From: Octopus sinensis | Taxonomy: Eukaryota | Assembly (NCBI RefSeq): GCF_006345805.1 | Contig: NC_042998.1 | Span: forward strand, 117,242,001-117,306,000 | Direction: 5' to 3' | Length of the DNA stretch: 64,000 nt | Shown here: in pieces, positions 1 to 11,358 of the stretch | Layout: the number at the start of each line of letters is the position of its first letter | How positions within the stretch are numbered: the first letter of the stretch is position 1 | The notes under the pieces: model-generated | Database searches by the model: none | What the model was told of the DNA's origin: nothing | Seen by the model: only the letters and a program-made list of their open reading frames with translations | Position numbers and translations under genes: made by a program

Positions 1-84
1 TCGAGACAAAACAATGTACCTGATAACACTTCCAATCATTTAAGATGAGAAGACATGAATGCCATTATTATTATTACTTTTCTA

Positions 85-178
85 CCACCAAGGTCGACTG
101 TGCCTTTCATTCTTTCTGGGTCGATAAAATAAGTACCATTTGAGTTCTGTGTTCGAGTATTCGACTCATCTCCTTCAC
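85..178 (+). mobile_element. tRNA-derived SINE fragment (central/3' part)
   Basis: GTCGACTGTGCCTTTCATTCTTTCTGGGTCGATAAAATAAGTACCA matches the body of the SINE copies at 17365, 45533 and 47493 in this window. Confidence 0.65.
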
Positions 179-184
179 CGATGC

Positions 185-360
185 TATCCGTTCTTTTCAG
201 CCGTCTAATTTCCTGATTATTCTAGCCGTGCTAAGGAGTCAAGCATTTTGCAACAGTTCTACTGAACAATCTATTCCAATTACATTTATATTCCATTTGT
301 ACTTTCTGATACTGTTCCCAAGGACCCAACAATAATTAGCACTATCTTCACCTACATCAT
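185..360 (-). mobile_element. R4/Dong-like RLE retrotransposon, extreme C-terminal fragment
   Basis: Minus strand translates (with stops/frameshift) to ...IIVGSLGTV...ELLQ(N)A...STARIIRKL, the RLE C-terminal motif also seen in ORF 48659-50245 (VIGALG...GTAHILRKIL). Confidence 0.6.
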
Positions 361-361
361 C

Positions 362-365
362 ATTA

Positions 366-397
<32 letters not shown>
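362..397. repeat. (ATT)n microsatellite, tail/target of Dong-like copy
   Basis: Direct sequence. Confidence 0.95.
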
Positions 398-607
398 TTT
401 TTTTTCCCTTCTTTCTTCAAACTTCTTCCGTTTCTCGCTGAGTGTTTTCTATACACCTAGGGCAGAGAAGGGCATTGTATGCATTCCCAGATTACACGCG
501 CAAATTCACAGATAAAATATGTATTTAAAAATTAATAAATAAATAAATTCATGGATGGATGTTATTTTCACAGAGATAGTGCTCTTCTCAGTACATGAGC
601 CGTTCCA
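398..607 (-). mobile_element. R4/Dong-like 5'-truncated copy (last codons plus 3' UTR)
   Basis: Minus strand reads GTAHVLRRALSL* straight after the (AAT)n at 608-690, then a 3' UTR containing TTCTCTGCCCTAGGT, shared with the 3' UTR at about 3490-3520. Confidence 0.75.

Positions 608-690
<83 letters not shown>
608..690. repeat. (ATT)n microsatellite
   Basis: Direct sequence; separates two Dong-like copies. Confidence 0.97.
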
Positions 691-691
<1 letters not shown>

Positions 692-2260
692 TCTTCGTAG
701 CACAGTTTAGGTAAAAATGCACCGGAGACTTTAGTAATCTGTCAAGTCCCAAGGACCTCAGGCACATAATATTTTCCTCAAGATGTGCCCTGTGCCCAAT
801 AAAGCTGATTTCTGCAATCTTATATAGGATTTCCAATTGCTTTAATAAGTTTTGAAGTTTCAATGGGATTAAGCCAAACGCTCCTTTCACTACTGGTATC
901 ACTTTTGCATTACCCTCCTGCATTCCATACAATCTTGCCATTTCTACTTTCAATTCGGAGTACTTGGTGATTTTTTTCAACCTCTTTACTCAAAATATTC
1001 ATGTCATTTGCTATGGCTATATCAGTGATGTGAAAACATTTGTCTCTCTTCTTCAATATGACAATGTCCGGTCGACGGTGTTCAATCACACATCCTCCTG
1101 CATAACTTTACTTGGTACATTCTCATACAAGTTCTCCATTACTTCATATTTGTATTTACAACATAAGAACCAATGAAGATGCACACACACTTTATCGTGG
1201 AGGTGCTTGTATTCTTTTTGTGCAAGGTTCTCTGAATTGTTAGCGAGAGCCTGGTCTTTTGCAGCCATCATCAGGCTTTCGGTGGTATGCTTCAAATCAC
1301 CTCACTGAACCCATGCTCACGATGATGTATTATCCTTAATGTACTGTGTATTCTTTTCAAACTGTCCATGCATTCTCATTTCAAGTTTCTCTTCTCCTCA
1401 GCTCTTTGGTTAAACTCTTCATTACCCATCGTTTCATTTGCATTTACACTCATATCTTTCATTACTATTTATCAAATAATCGGCAAGCTTTCTCTTTTTA
1501 TTCCTTATACAATGGTCTACACTAATTAGTCCTCTGCCAACATTGTTTCTTTCCTTATAGAGCCTGTTTACGTTTGGTTTAGGGTGTAGCGCCCCATGCA
1601 ACGTCATCAACTTTCTCCTCCTTGTATTCAGTGTTGATATTTCATCCGTAGTCCACTTGGACGTACTATATCTGACCACCGCACCTGTGCGGATATTCAT
1701 TGCAGTAATCAAATTTTTGGCATTCCGGTTGGATTTGAATACCATCTTCACCCTTTTTTGATACGCCTCGCTTAAGACATTGACTTACATTTCTCTGTGT
1801 AGAACGTCATCCAGCTCTACCTAACATCTATACCCACTACAGACGGGTTCATCCATGCTCTCTACTGATGGTAGCCGTATTCCTCTGCATGTTGCTTTCT
1901 TACCAGTTTTCATATTAAATACAGAGCATCTGGTAATCCCAAATTCTATATCGATGTCCCTACCACACTTCTGGACTATTTTGGTTAAGGAATCTATATG
2001 TTATTTTTTCAAATTTCCCAAACAATTTCAGGTCATTCATAAACAAAAGATTGTTCAATGATGGGCCTTTCTTCCCACATCGGTTACCCATCTTAACTAT
2101 CCTAAGTGCCATTGTTTACGGGTATTAGTTCAATTACAAATAGTGACGGAGAAAACGAGTCACCTTGAAAGATTTTCCTTTTAATATTAACTTCTCTAAG
2201 GAGTACATTACTTGAGTACACTTTGGCCTTCCACTCTTTCATGCTGTTCATCAGAAAATC
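691..2260 (-). mobile_element. R4/Dong-like non-LTR retrotransposon, degenerate (RT to RLE)
   Basis: ORF fragments: IFQGDSFSPSLFVI (RT), LHGALHPKPNVNRLY...GRGLISV, MMAAKDQAL, KYSEL...VIPVVKGAFG (RLE); many stops and frameshifts. Confidence 0.9.
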
Positions 2261-2261
2261 A

Positions 2262-2317
2262 TCATCATCATCATTATCATCATCATCATCATCATCATCA
2301 GTAGTAGTAGTAGCAGC

Positions 2318-2392
<75 letters not shown>

Positions 2393-2395
2393 AGT
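2262..2395. repeat. compound (CAT)n(AGT)n microsatellite
   Basis: Direct sequence. Confidence 0.95.
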
Positions 2396-2664
2396 GAGTG
2401 AGTGAGAAAGCAACACATGCAATCAAGGTGACACTTTGTTCAATATGCAACTCTAGGGAGGTACAAATATACAGAACCCAATATACCCATCATGAATACT
2501 CGTCATTCACATGCATCATAAACATATGTACGCGAGATAGGAATCTCATATCAAGATCAAAAGAGAATGAACCTACAGGTGGAATCCAGTTAGATTGTTC
2601 TTCAGGTAGAGTAACCCATCTCTGAAATTATGTTTAAGGAGATGCACGGAACACCCATGATTCC

Positions 2665-2785
2665 AAATTAAATTATTGAAACCAAAAACAGTTCTATATT
2701 TAAGAGATGAAGAATTATGTACATTATTCACATTGTTTACATTTGACGGATATTTATCCTCATCTTGTTTGTTGCTCTATTAACT
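2665..2785 (-). repeat. Penelope-type terminal repeat fragment
   Basis: GACGGATATTTATCCTCATCTTGTTTGTT is the reverse complement of AACAAGCAAGATGAGAACAAATTTCCGTC at about 7670-7700. Confidence 0.55.
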
Positions 2786-2789
2786 GCTG

Positions 2790-3365
2790 ATGCTGTATTA
2801 AGATAACTGCTGTGGTCAGTCTGCATCTTTACTGAACTAATCCTTTAAGCACTCAGCTTCATTTTCGCTGTTACAATCAGAGTCTCTTCCGAAACCCCTT
2901 TCTCATAAAATGAGGTAAGGTATCGATCGTCACTATCGTTCTCACCACTATTATTTTTTCGACATCTGAAATTTCCACGCAACTTTCTAATGTATTATTT
3001 GTTGCAACATTATGCTGGCTGTGTGGTGTGTGCTGCACGTTTTTGTGGGGAGGGAGGATAGTATATTGAATTAGTGCGTTTTGTTATGGGGGTCGGTTTC
3101 ATTCTCCTATTCAATTAGATTTTATATTGTGCTGTTTGTACAGTGCATGTTGTTTTCTTCTGTCGGGTATGGCCTTCTATAGCACATGTTGTGAGTTTTG
3201 TTCATTTTGTTGGGTATTCACTGTATCAGTTATTTTTGTTTGTTTCTGGAGTTTGTTGTATACTAGCGTCTGTTTGAAACTCATCAATCAACTATTTTAC
3301 AGTATTTATGATTATCTGCCCGTCGTTCTTTTTCTGTTTTGTTGGTTTTGTTATGGATTCCGTGA
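2790..3365 (-). mobile_element. probable Dong-like N-terminal (pre-RT) fragment
   Basis: A/C-rich minus strand resembling the N-terminal region at 5991-6863; starts directly after (AAT)n 3367-3453. Confidence 0.4.
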
Positions 3366-3366
<1 letters not shown>

Positions 3367-3443
<77 letters not shown>

Positions 3444-3453
3444 GTTATTATTA
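3367..3453. repeat. (ATT)n microsatellite
   Basis: Direct sequence. Confidence 0.97.
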
Positions 3454-3454
3454 G

Positions 3455-5690
3455 AATCTTCTTTGAATTCTGTTTTTTCATTTGTTACCGAGTGTCCTGA
3501 TACCTAGGGCAGAGAAATCTACGCTATACATTGGTAGGTCATAAACAAACACCAGATTGTTCATTTATAGGGTCATGTGATACATGAAAAGGGGAAGACA
3601 GAGAGAGATAAAGGAAAAAAATAAATTATAAAATTAACAAAGAAAATAAAGGGGAAAAGGAAAGAAAATTGACAACGGCAATGCTCTTCTCAATACGTGT
3701 GACGTACCAGTGAAGACAATCATTTACATTTCCTTCGTGGATGGTAAGCCAGGGATCATTCTTGAATAATTGACTGTCCCTTCTTTGATCATTCAAAGTG
3801 CTCCTACAATAATTAGTATTGTAGCCGTCTTGAGATGCCACATCATTTCGATTCCGATTAGCAGATCTATCTATTTTCTGAGCCTATCAAATTATTTTGC
3901 GGAGATATGGTCAGAGGGTATGGTTATGTTAATCAATAAACAGACTGTGTTGTTTTTGTTTTTCACAAGAATATCTGGTTTATTTCCTTTGTTAGTCCGA
4001 TCTGTACATACTGGGAAGTACGAAAGAATAGTCACATTTTCTCCCTCTGTTACGAACTCACTGTAGTGTTTGTACCATTTGTCAGCAGTTTTTTATTTTA
4101 TAATGCCGACACATTATGCAATGTAGATATTGTCCAACTCTGTCATGGCTCGATTTGTACTCTACAGGTGCTAAAACCTTACATCCAGTGATTAGGTAGT
4201 CGACTGTTTCTTTCCCATCATCGTTGCAGTATCGGCACTTGGGGTCTACACCATTTTTCATCATATTGACTTGATAGTTCGGGGCAATAAGCTCTGATCT
4301 TGAGCAGCCAAGATAAAGAATTCACACTCTGCCTTCTGTCCTGAGCTTCGTCCTGAACTCCGTAGCTACTGACGGGTGTGCTTCTGGACTACATCCCATT
4401 GTTTGCTACGAGTCACACATTTGTCATACAGAGGTTTTTGTTTCTACCGATCAGCCAATTGTTCAAGCGCATTTTGCTTTGCAATTTATTTCACCTTCGT
4501 TGCAACTGTATTTGCACTTCCTCCTGCTGTTCAACCTGGGTATAAAGCTTAAACTCACATGAGTTTTTGTCTCCTTCATATCAGAATGTTGCTTCCTACG
4601 TCTTTCAGCGTTAGCATCCAGTCGCTAGATGTTTGACGATAATTTGCCAGTAGAGTTTTGGTAGTTTACTACATTTCAAATTGGATCACACCTCGACTTC
4701 CTTGAACTCTGGGTATGTAAAGACGATCTGAGTCTGCCTTTGGGTGGTGCATCTTATTGCAAGTCAGCAGCTTACGAATATTCTTGTCAGTCTTCTTTAT
4801 TTCGCTCATATTCCAGTTCAACACATTGAACACAAGTGTAAAATAACAAGCGTAACTGCTAAGGAATTACTAGCTAATACCTTGTTCCGTGCATTTAACT
4901 CGGATATTTGAACTGCTCGAACTCCCCTGTAACACTCATTCCCGAATTTCTCTTTCAAACTTGCACGCTGAATGCCAGGGATCTCATTTATTCCGAGGTA
5001 TTTGTAAGTTTCTTTCTGATCGAGTTATTTTGACTGTTATCCTGCAACATCACTGAATGTGACGTCTTCAGTTTCCCTTTCTGAAAAGTCGCCTTGGCAC
5101 ATTTATCAAAACCAAATTCCATCCAAATATCATCACCAAATTCTTTCACAGTAAGTTGTAGTACTTCAAGCTCATTATATTCTTTGCCATAGCGTTTTAA
5201 ACATTCCATAAAAAGTAGAGTATTTATCTTCTTGACGTCAATTCTAAATCCATAACCTTTTCTATCGCGTTCAGTTGTAATGGGTATTAGGACTATGCAG
5301 ATAAGTAAAGGTGAAAGTGAGTCACCTTAAAAAAATGTCGCAGTTGATTTCAATATATTTTTGTGGTCAGTACTCCATTAGACTGATATATTTAGAGATT
5401 CGTATTCCACATTGACATGTTGTGCTTCAGGACGTGTGAAATCACAGGAGAAAATTTCAATATATCTAGTGATCTCAGGATTCATGAATGTGGCATGCTG
5501 CCGAAGTCCTTTTTGTAATCGATCCATGCAGAACTGAGTTTTCTGCGTTTGTTATGACAGTTCTCACGGATTATGCGATTGATTAAGAGTTGTGTAAAGT
5601 TTTCAGAGAAAACTGTAGATATTAGGAGGATGTTTAACATGTGAGAACGATAAAACAGCGCTCCGAAATCTATCCACAATCATCGAAAAC
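3455..5690 (-). mobile_element. R4/Dong-like non-LTR retrotransposon, 5'-truncated, degenerate
   Basis: AWIDYKKDFGSMPHS (RT), KEFGDDIWMEFGFDKCAK, CRYCNDDGKETVDYLITGC...HDRV (Zn knuckle), PDILVKNKNNTVCLLINITIP (RLE), 3' UTR, then (AAT)n tail. Confidence 0.9.
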
Positions 5691-5699
5691 AAAGACAAC

Positions 5700-7510
5700 A
5701 CATGGAGCTAAAAATTAACTGACAAAGGATTGGACTATATCCGAGTAAGTAATACTCATTGAAATTTATTACTATTTTCGAAACGAAATGATGTATTTTA
5801 ACTCGATATCATCTCCATCTCTAACACAACACATGTAAACATGCGTGAAACATTACGATCCATCAACACCAGATCATCCCCGACCCCAAACACCATGTAC
5901 TAAAAAACTACGAAGAAATTAAATAACACCGATATTATTCAACACAAGAATAACAATCGGGAAGTACGTACTGTAAACTTACAACATAAAATGTACGAAA
6001 AACAACACGTGCAAAACAATGTAGCAACAGAAATGAACGGACCGGTGCCCTACGAAAATGACGACCGTCAAAATAATGGGTCGGACGTTGTTCCTCATGT
6101 CCCGCAAATAAAACCCAAAAGACATAAATGGACACGGGAGGAATACATTTCTATCCTACACGCTCACTTTACAGCAGTGCTCTACCCAAAGAATGAAAAT
6201 ACAACAACACATACATATAAAATATGGAAGGAAAATAACATAAATATAGACTTGGATACAGCAATGAATCCTAATAAAATAGCTAACGCACGAAGATACA
6301 TTCTCAACGCAAACAAAGTATCAGAAATAGAAATAGAACATCTAAAAGAAAAAATACATCAGGAAAATGTAGATAGAAGCCACACAACAATGCCCAATAA
6401 TATAAACACTGAAACAGTAAAACACGAAGACAAACGTAACATTCCCAACAAACACGATGTAAACAAAAAACAACAAACCCAGACCGTAAGGATGCATAAT
6501 AATACACGACAAACAGCAAGCCAAAACATGACAAACAAACAAACAAATAAGAAAGAAAGTGACACAATTCTAAAACATGGAAACAACGAAAGAGAGCCTA
6601 ATGATTACAATAATATAAAAAGTAGAATAATCAAAGAACTGAAAACCACAGAGCTCAATATGGACCACCGAGCATACCTCCCAAAAACCAAAATAAACGA
6701 AACAATAACACCAATTACAAACAGCATAAATCTAGCCGTCATGGAACTGATAGCCACTGAAAGAAAAAGCGATATCACTGAGGTAAATGACTTAGTATGC
6801 GCAGCAGCCACTGGTGGTACGTCCAAACAGGAGTACCACCACCCAAACAATTCCTGTGGATAAATAACATCCAAAACAAAATACAAAAAATAATAAAAGA
6901 ACTGTCGATTCTTAATGAAATCAGTAGATAATCAACGCTACTGAGCAACAAAAAGAAAACAAAAATACTCCGCAAATACAACACCACAGAAAAAGATTTA
7001 CCTGAGATAAAAGAAAAGCTGAAGCAAGATATACTTGCCAAAGCACAAAGGATCCGCCGGTACGAGAAACGCCAACGTTTCTTTGAACAAAACAAAAAGT
7101 TCTACCAAGAACTTGGCAAAAATAAAATAGAAATCCCTGCAGCACCAACGGCAGAAGAAGTGGAAGAATTCTGGAGAGAAATATGGTCGGCGAACGAACA
7201 ACCAAAAACAAGTATTAAAACAACAAACTCAGCATCTGAGCAACTTTGGACCCCCATAACAACCCAGGCACTGCAAAGACTAAGCAACTGGAAGGCACCT
7301 GGGCATGACAAGATCCTCAACTTCTGGTTGAAATATCTAACAAATATCTGACAAACACAACAAGAAACCATACCACCTAACAGATATGAAGAAGAAGAAG
7401 ATGAAGAAACAACAAAAGCTATAAAACAAAATCACAGCACATACCCAAGGCACACAGAGCTGTGCTCGTAGTGAAGTGAAAGCACGCTATAAAAATAAAA
7501 CTACTGAGTA
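5700..7510 (+). mobile_element. R4/Dong-like element, 5' half retained, RT/RLE deleted (non-autonomous)
   Basis: N-terminal ORF with KRHKWTREE motif; 7000-7350 closely matches 50481-50850; 7360-7430 matches about 51960-52095; 7431-7510 matches the 3' UTR at about 52930-53005; (AAT)n tail. Confidence 0.85.
5991..6863 (+). pseudogene. N-terminal domain ORF (290 aa) of the Dong-like element, frameshifted downstream
   Basis: ORF track; KPKRHKWTREEYISIL...KVSEIEIEHLK resembles the pre-RT region of R4/Dong proteins; coding homology continues in another frame after about 6830. Confidence 0.65.
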
Positions 7511-7513
7511 ATG

Positions 7514-7570
<57 letters not shown>
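7510..7570. repeat. (AAT)n tail
   Basis: Direct sequence. Confidence 0.95.
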
Positions 7571-7571
<1 letters not shown>

Positions 7572-7573
<2 letters not shown>

Positions 7574-7735
7574 TTGAAAATATATTAGGATTGAGAACCC
7601 AGATTTGAAATGTCCCCAAGTCACCTGAAGAAGGCTGAAGGTTATATCAGCCAAAACGTTGAGTTAAAAACAAGCAAGATGAGAACAAATTTCCGTCGAA
7701 TCTAAATAATGAAAAAATGAACTTCCTACAACTCT
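7572..7735 (+). repeat. Penelope-type terminal repeat with hammerhead-like motif
   Basis: CTGAAGA-A-GGCTG(loop)CAGCC-AAAAC-GTT at 7625-7660; the expected GAAA reads AAAA. Confidence 0.6.
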
Positions 7736-8663
7736 AGCAATTGAGGGTGCGATCTTTTTTTAATCGAACGACTGGAAATTCTAACGGCAGAGCCACCTAT
7801 TCGTAACAGAAAATATGAGAATAAAACATTTTTTCTTCATGTAGCGGTCGTTGACTTTTCCAAGTATTCGTAAACCCCCTTGACCCTGTACAAATCCTAC
7901 GCTAGCATCTTTCGCCGGGAACCATTTAAACTACTTACACGAAACTTTAACCTCCCACCCCCACTCACTCTACGCACCCCATAATAAATTATTTCACGTC
8001 TATACAGGTCTTCTTCCACTTCTACGAGCATCCTACTTCTTTAAGTGAAAAAGACACATAAATTCCTTACTCACCCCGGAATGAGTTATCCGGATAGGGT
8101 TAGCCTCCTTGCAACCAAGAGTTAGAGTTAAGCCCCTCTCTTTACACGTGGAAAATATGCGCTTCCTTAAACTTGGGATATAGATCAAAATAGCCTCCAA
8201 CCTACATCCACTTCACAGCAGAATTATCTACTAAGAAATCTACTGTAATGTAAGGCTGGCCATTCTTTGTCTTTATTCTGCTTACAAATGTATCCCTATG
8301 CCTTTCGATCTTTTTACCTCTACATATAACTCTGCATTCTGATGATGTCTACCACTACAAGTGGTAAGCAGATATGATCGTAAATGTGCTATTACTATCA
8401 TTTTTCTTTATTCGTGAATTAAATTAATGGCTTATTAGCGCGAACGACCGACTTTCTCGCAGTTATTTTTCCTCCATTTATTTGTTGCATGAAATTTAAA
8501 CTACGGTTTACCTGCTGAATTAACTGCTACCGTATACCTTTTACCAAGGACTGTAACTATGTAACTATGCACTAATCACCAGGAGAGCCTTTGGATTTAA
8601 ATATCCCATAGATTTTTGAAACACTTCTAACTTATACGTATATATATATAATCGTCCACTTAA

Positions 8664-9179
8664 CACCTCTTCCCTAACCGACCCCTCCCCTCTTTCAAAC
8701 GAGCCCACAACCTTCGAGACCTTTTAGTCCATAGCACCTTCCCTGACCCTACCTCCCAACCCGGCTCGGTCCCCTGCTCCCGCCCACGTTGCCGCACTTG
8801 CCCTTACCTCTCCAACACCACCCTCCTCACTAGCACCCATCATCGACCCTATCGCATCATCAACTCCTTCATCTGCACCTCCAGCAATATTATCTATTGC
8901 GTCTCTTGCTCTCTCTGCCATTCCTTGTACATCGGACAAACGGGACGCCGCTTGGCTGACCGGTTCGCGGAACACCTTCGTGACATCCACCTTGCGAACG
9001 ACACACCGGTCTCACGCCATTTCCGCTCCACTGGTCACTCCTTGCAACACCTGTCTGTGTTCGGTTTGTCCTTACACAGAGGCCATCCGGATTCCCGTTT
9101 TCGCCGTGAACAGGAATTAATCTTCTCTCTTCGTTCTTATACGCCATTTGGTCTCAACTCTCCCCCCCTCCTCATCTAA
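8664..9179 (+). CDS. Penelope GIY-YIG endonuclease domain with Cys-rich linker (partial, no start codon)
   Basis: Stop-free: FKRAHNLRDLLVHS...PCSRPRCRTCPY...NIIYCVSCSLCHSLYIGQTGRRLADRFAEH...EQELIFSL...PFGLN*. Confidence 0.85.
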   Translation, partial: HLFPNRPLPSFKRAHNLRDLLVHSTFPDPTSQPGSVPCSRPRCRTCPYLSNTTLLTSTHHRPYRIINSFICTSSNIIYCVSCSLCHSLYIGQTGRRLADRFAEHLRDIHLANDTPVSRHFRSTGHSLQHLSVFGLSLHRGHPDSRFRREQELIFSLRSYTPFGLNSPPLLI

Positions 9180-9600
9180 CCCCCTCTCCCCCTCCCCCTC
9201 CTCACCTACCCCCCCGACCCCTACTTCTCTTCAGTCCTTCATCCTTTCACCCCTAATCCCCTTCCCTTCTTCCATCTTTCTCCCTCTTTCTCCCTCCTTC
9301 CCTCTTCCTCCCTCCCTCCTTCCCTCTTCCTCCCTCCCTCCTTCCCTCTCCCCCTTCCCTCTGCTGCCTCACTCCCCTTCTCTATCCCCCTCTCCCTCTT
9401 TCCTCCTTCTTCCTCCCCCTCTTTCTACCCCCCTCCTTCCCTCTTCCCCTTCCCTCTGCTCCCTCACTCCCCTTCTCTCACCCCTTCTCTCTCCCCCTCT
9501 CCCTCTTTCCTCCTTCCACCTCCCCTTCATTCTCCCCCTCCTATCACCCCCCTCATCTCCTCCCCTCTCTTCCCCCTCCCCCTCTTCTCCTCTCTCCACA
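9160..9600 (+). repeat. C/T-rich low-complexity tract (PLE 3' region)
   Basis: Direct sequence; almost purely pyrimidine on the + strand. Confidence 0.9.
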
Positions 9601-9910
9601 CTACACCACACGACTTTACACATCACATCATATATACATACACACGTCCAGACCTCTCATACGCACTAATACTCTCTCATACACACACACACACACCACA
9701 CCCTTATGTTGGAGTAGGTCATTCAACCCTATTATCTCCCCTAATTTACTTGTTTGTTTGTTTTCCACCTGCCTTCGTCTTTGGTCTATTTTCATAACGA
9801 TTCCCTATATATATATATATACATATATACATATATACATATATACATATATACATATATACATATATACATATATACATATATACATATATATATATAT
9901 ATACATTATA

Positions 9911-11126
9911 CACATAGATTGGACAAAATAATGGAAACATCTCAAATTTATTTTAATATGGTGTAGGACCACCTTTGAAAGTGATTGCAGCTTGAATTTT
10001 ACGACGTATGGAATCGTACAAAGTTTGAATTGTTTCCAAAGGAAATTTTGCCCATTCTTTAGCTAGATTAGTCTTCAGTTCTTGCATTGATGTTGGTGGA
10101 AGATAAGGTCTCCTTAGTTGTTTTTCTAAAATACACCATAAATGTTCAATAATATTGCGATGTGAGGACTGTGGAGCCAGATAAGATGTTCAACTTCACT
10201 AGAATGTTTGGGTAACAACTTTAGCTGTGTCAATTGATGCATTATCATACTGTAAGATAGCGTTTACCCCCGGAAACATAACCGCAACTATATAGGATGA
10301 ATTTGATCAAATAAATTAAATGGTCTTGACTATTAATTCTTCCACAAAGGGAAATCATTGGGCCGGCGGATTTCCAAGATATAGCCCCCAATATCATCAC
10401 AGAACCTCCTCCATGTTGGAAGAAGACATTCTGGGCCCAATGCGTCGTTTGGCTAACTCCACATATATACTACGCTGACGGTCGGAAAATAAGGTAAAGA
10501 TTGACTCGTCGAAGAAAATAACATTCTCCAACTTTTCTAGGGACAAATTCTGTTGGTTTTTACTCCATTCTAAACGCTTTGCAACGGTTATTTTTGAAAG
10601 TAATAATTTTCTGATTGCAGCTCTCCCGTGGAATCCGGCTTTGTGCAGCTCCCGGGTGGAAACTGGGTTCTCGAGGTGGTCATTAAGCTCTGCAGAAATT
10701 TTGGGAGCTGTAATTTTGTGATCCTTTCTAACAATTCGCACAAAAATCCGACGGTCACTATCTGAAATTTTGGTTTTCTTCCGGAGTTTCGTTTCGACGA
10801 GGAGGTTCTCCTCTCTTTCTGAAACGCTGTCATTACTTTTGAGACATTACGTCTTGATGCACCAAACATTTTGACTATTTTCTTTACGCTAACGCCTGCC
10901 ATACGGGCACCAACAATTTGACCTCCTTAAAAGTCCGCTAGATCTGTCATTTTAATTACCTTCTTCTGATGATATCTGAAAGCAATTTTAGCAGAACATA
11001 TTAAGCAAGTCTAATAATAAATAAAAAAAACGTGAAAATAAACAATCTTTTGACGGTTTTATAGATATTTCAAAATTATGATACTATGATGCAAGGTGAT
11101 TCCATTATTTTGTTGTCCAACCCCTG
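9911..11126 (-). mobile_element. Tc1-like DNA transposon, degenerate
   Basis: Imperfect TIRs (CA..TTGGACAAAATAATGGAA / TTCCATTATTTTGTTGTCCAACCCCTG) with TA on each side; minus ORFs with HTH (VSKVMTAF), RELHKAGFHGRAAIRK, VIFFDESIF. Confidence 0.9.
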
Positions 11127-11184
11127 TATATATATGTATATATATATGCATATATGTACATATATATGCATATATGTATATATA

Positions 11185-11248
<64 letters not shown>

Positions 11249-11301
11249 CTTTGCCTGTTATTTCTAGTGGGTGAATGGCCTATTATGGCCGTTTCTTGAT
11301 T

Positions 11302-11358
<57 letters not shown>
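11127..11358. repeat. (TA)n-rich microsatellite cluster
   Basis: Direct sequence. Confidence 0.9.

Larger units (their letters stand above)
8664..9805 (+). mobile_element. Penelope-like element (Neptune-type), 5'-truncated: GIY-YIG endonuclease plus pyrimidine-rich tail
   Basis: Open frame 8664-9179; polypyrimidine tract; terminal CCACCTGCCTTCGTCTTTGG...CCC matching the reverse complement of 20370-20410; (TA)n at both ends. Confidence 0.88.

Noticed and set aside
6304-7371. Cluster of hydrophobic minus-strand ORFs
   Set aside because: Antisense shadows of the A-rich Dong coding strand.
7750-8630. Moderately GC-rich stretch, perhaps an old LINE 5' region
   Set aside because: No diagnostic motif could be read in any frame.
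9148-9669. 173-aa Pro/Ser/Leu-rich ORF and its antisense Glu/Arg/Gly-rich ORF
   Set aside because: Artefact of the polypyrimidine tract.
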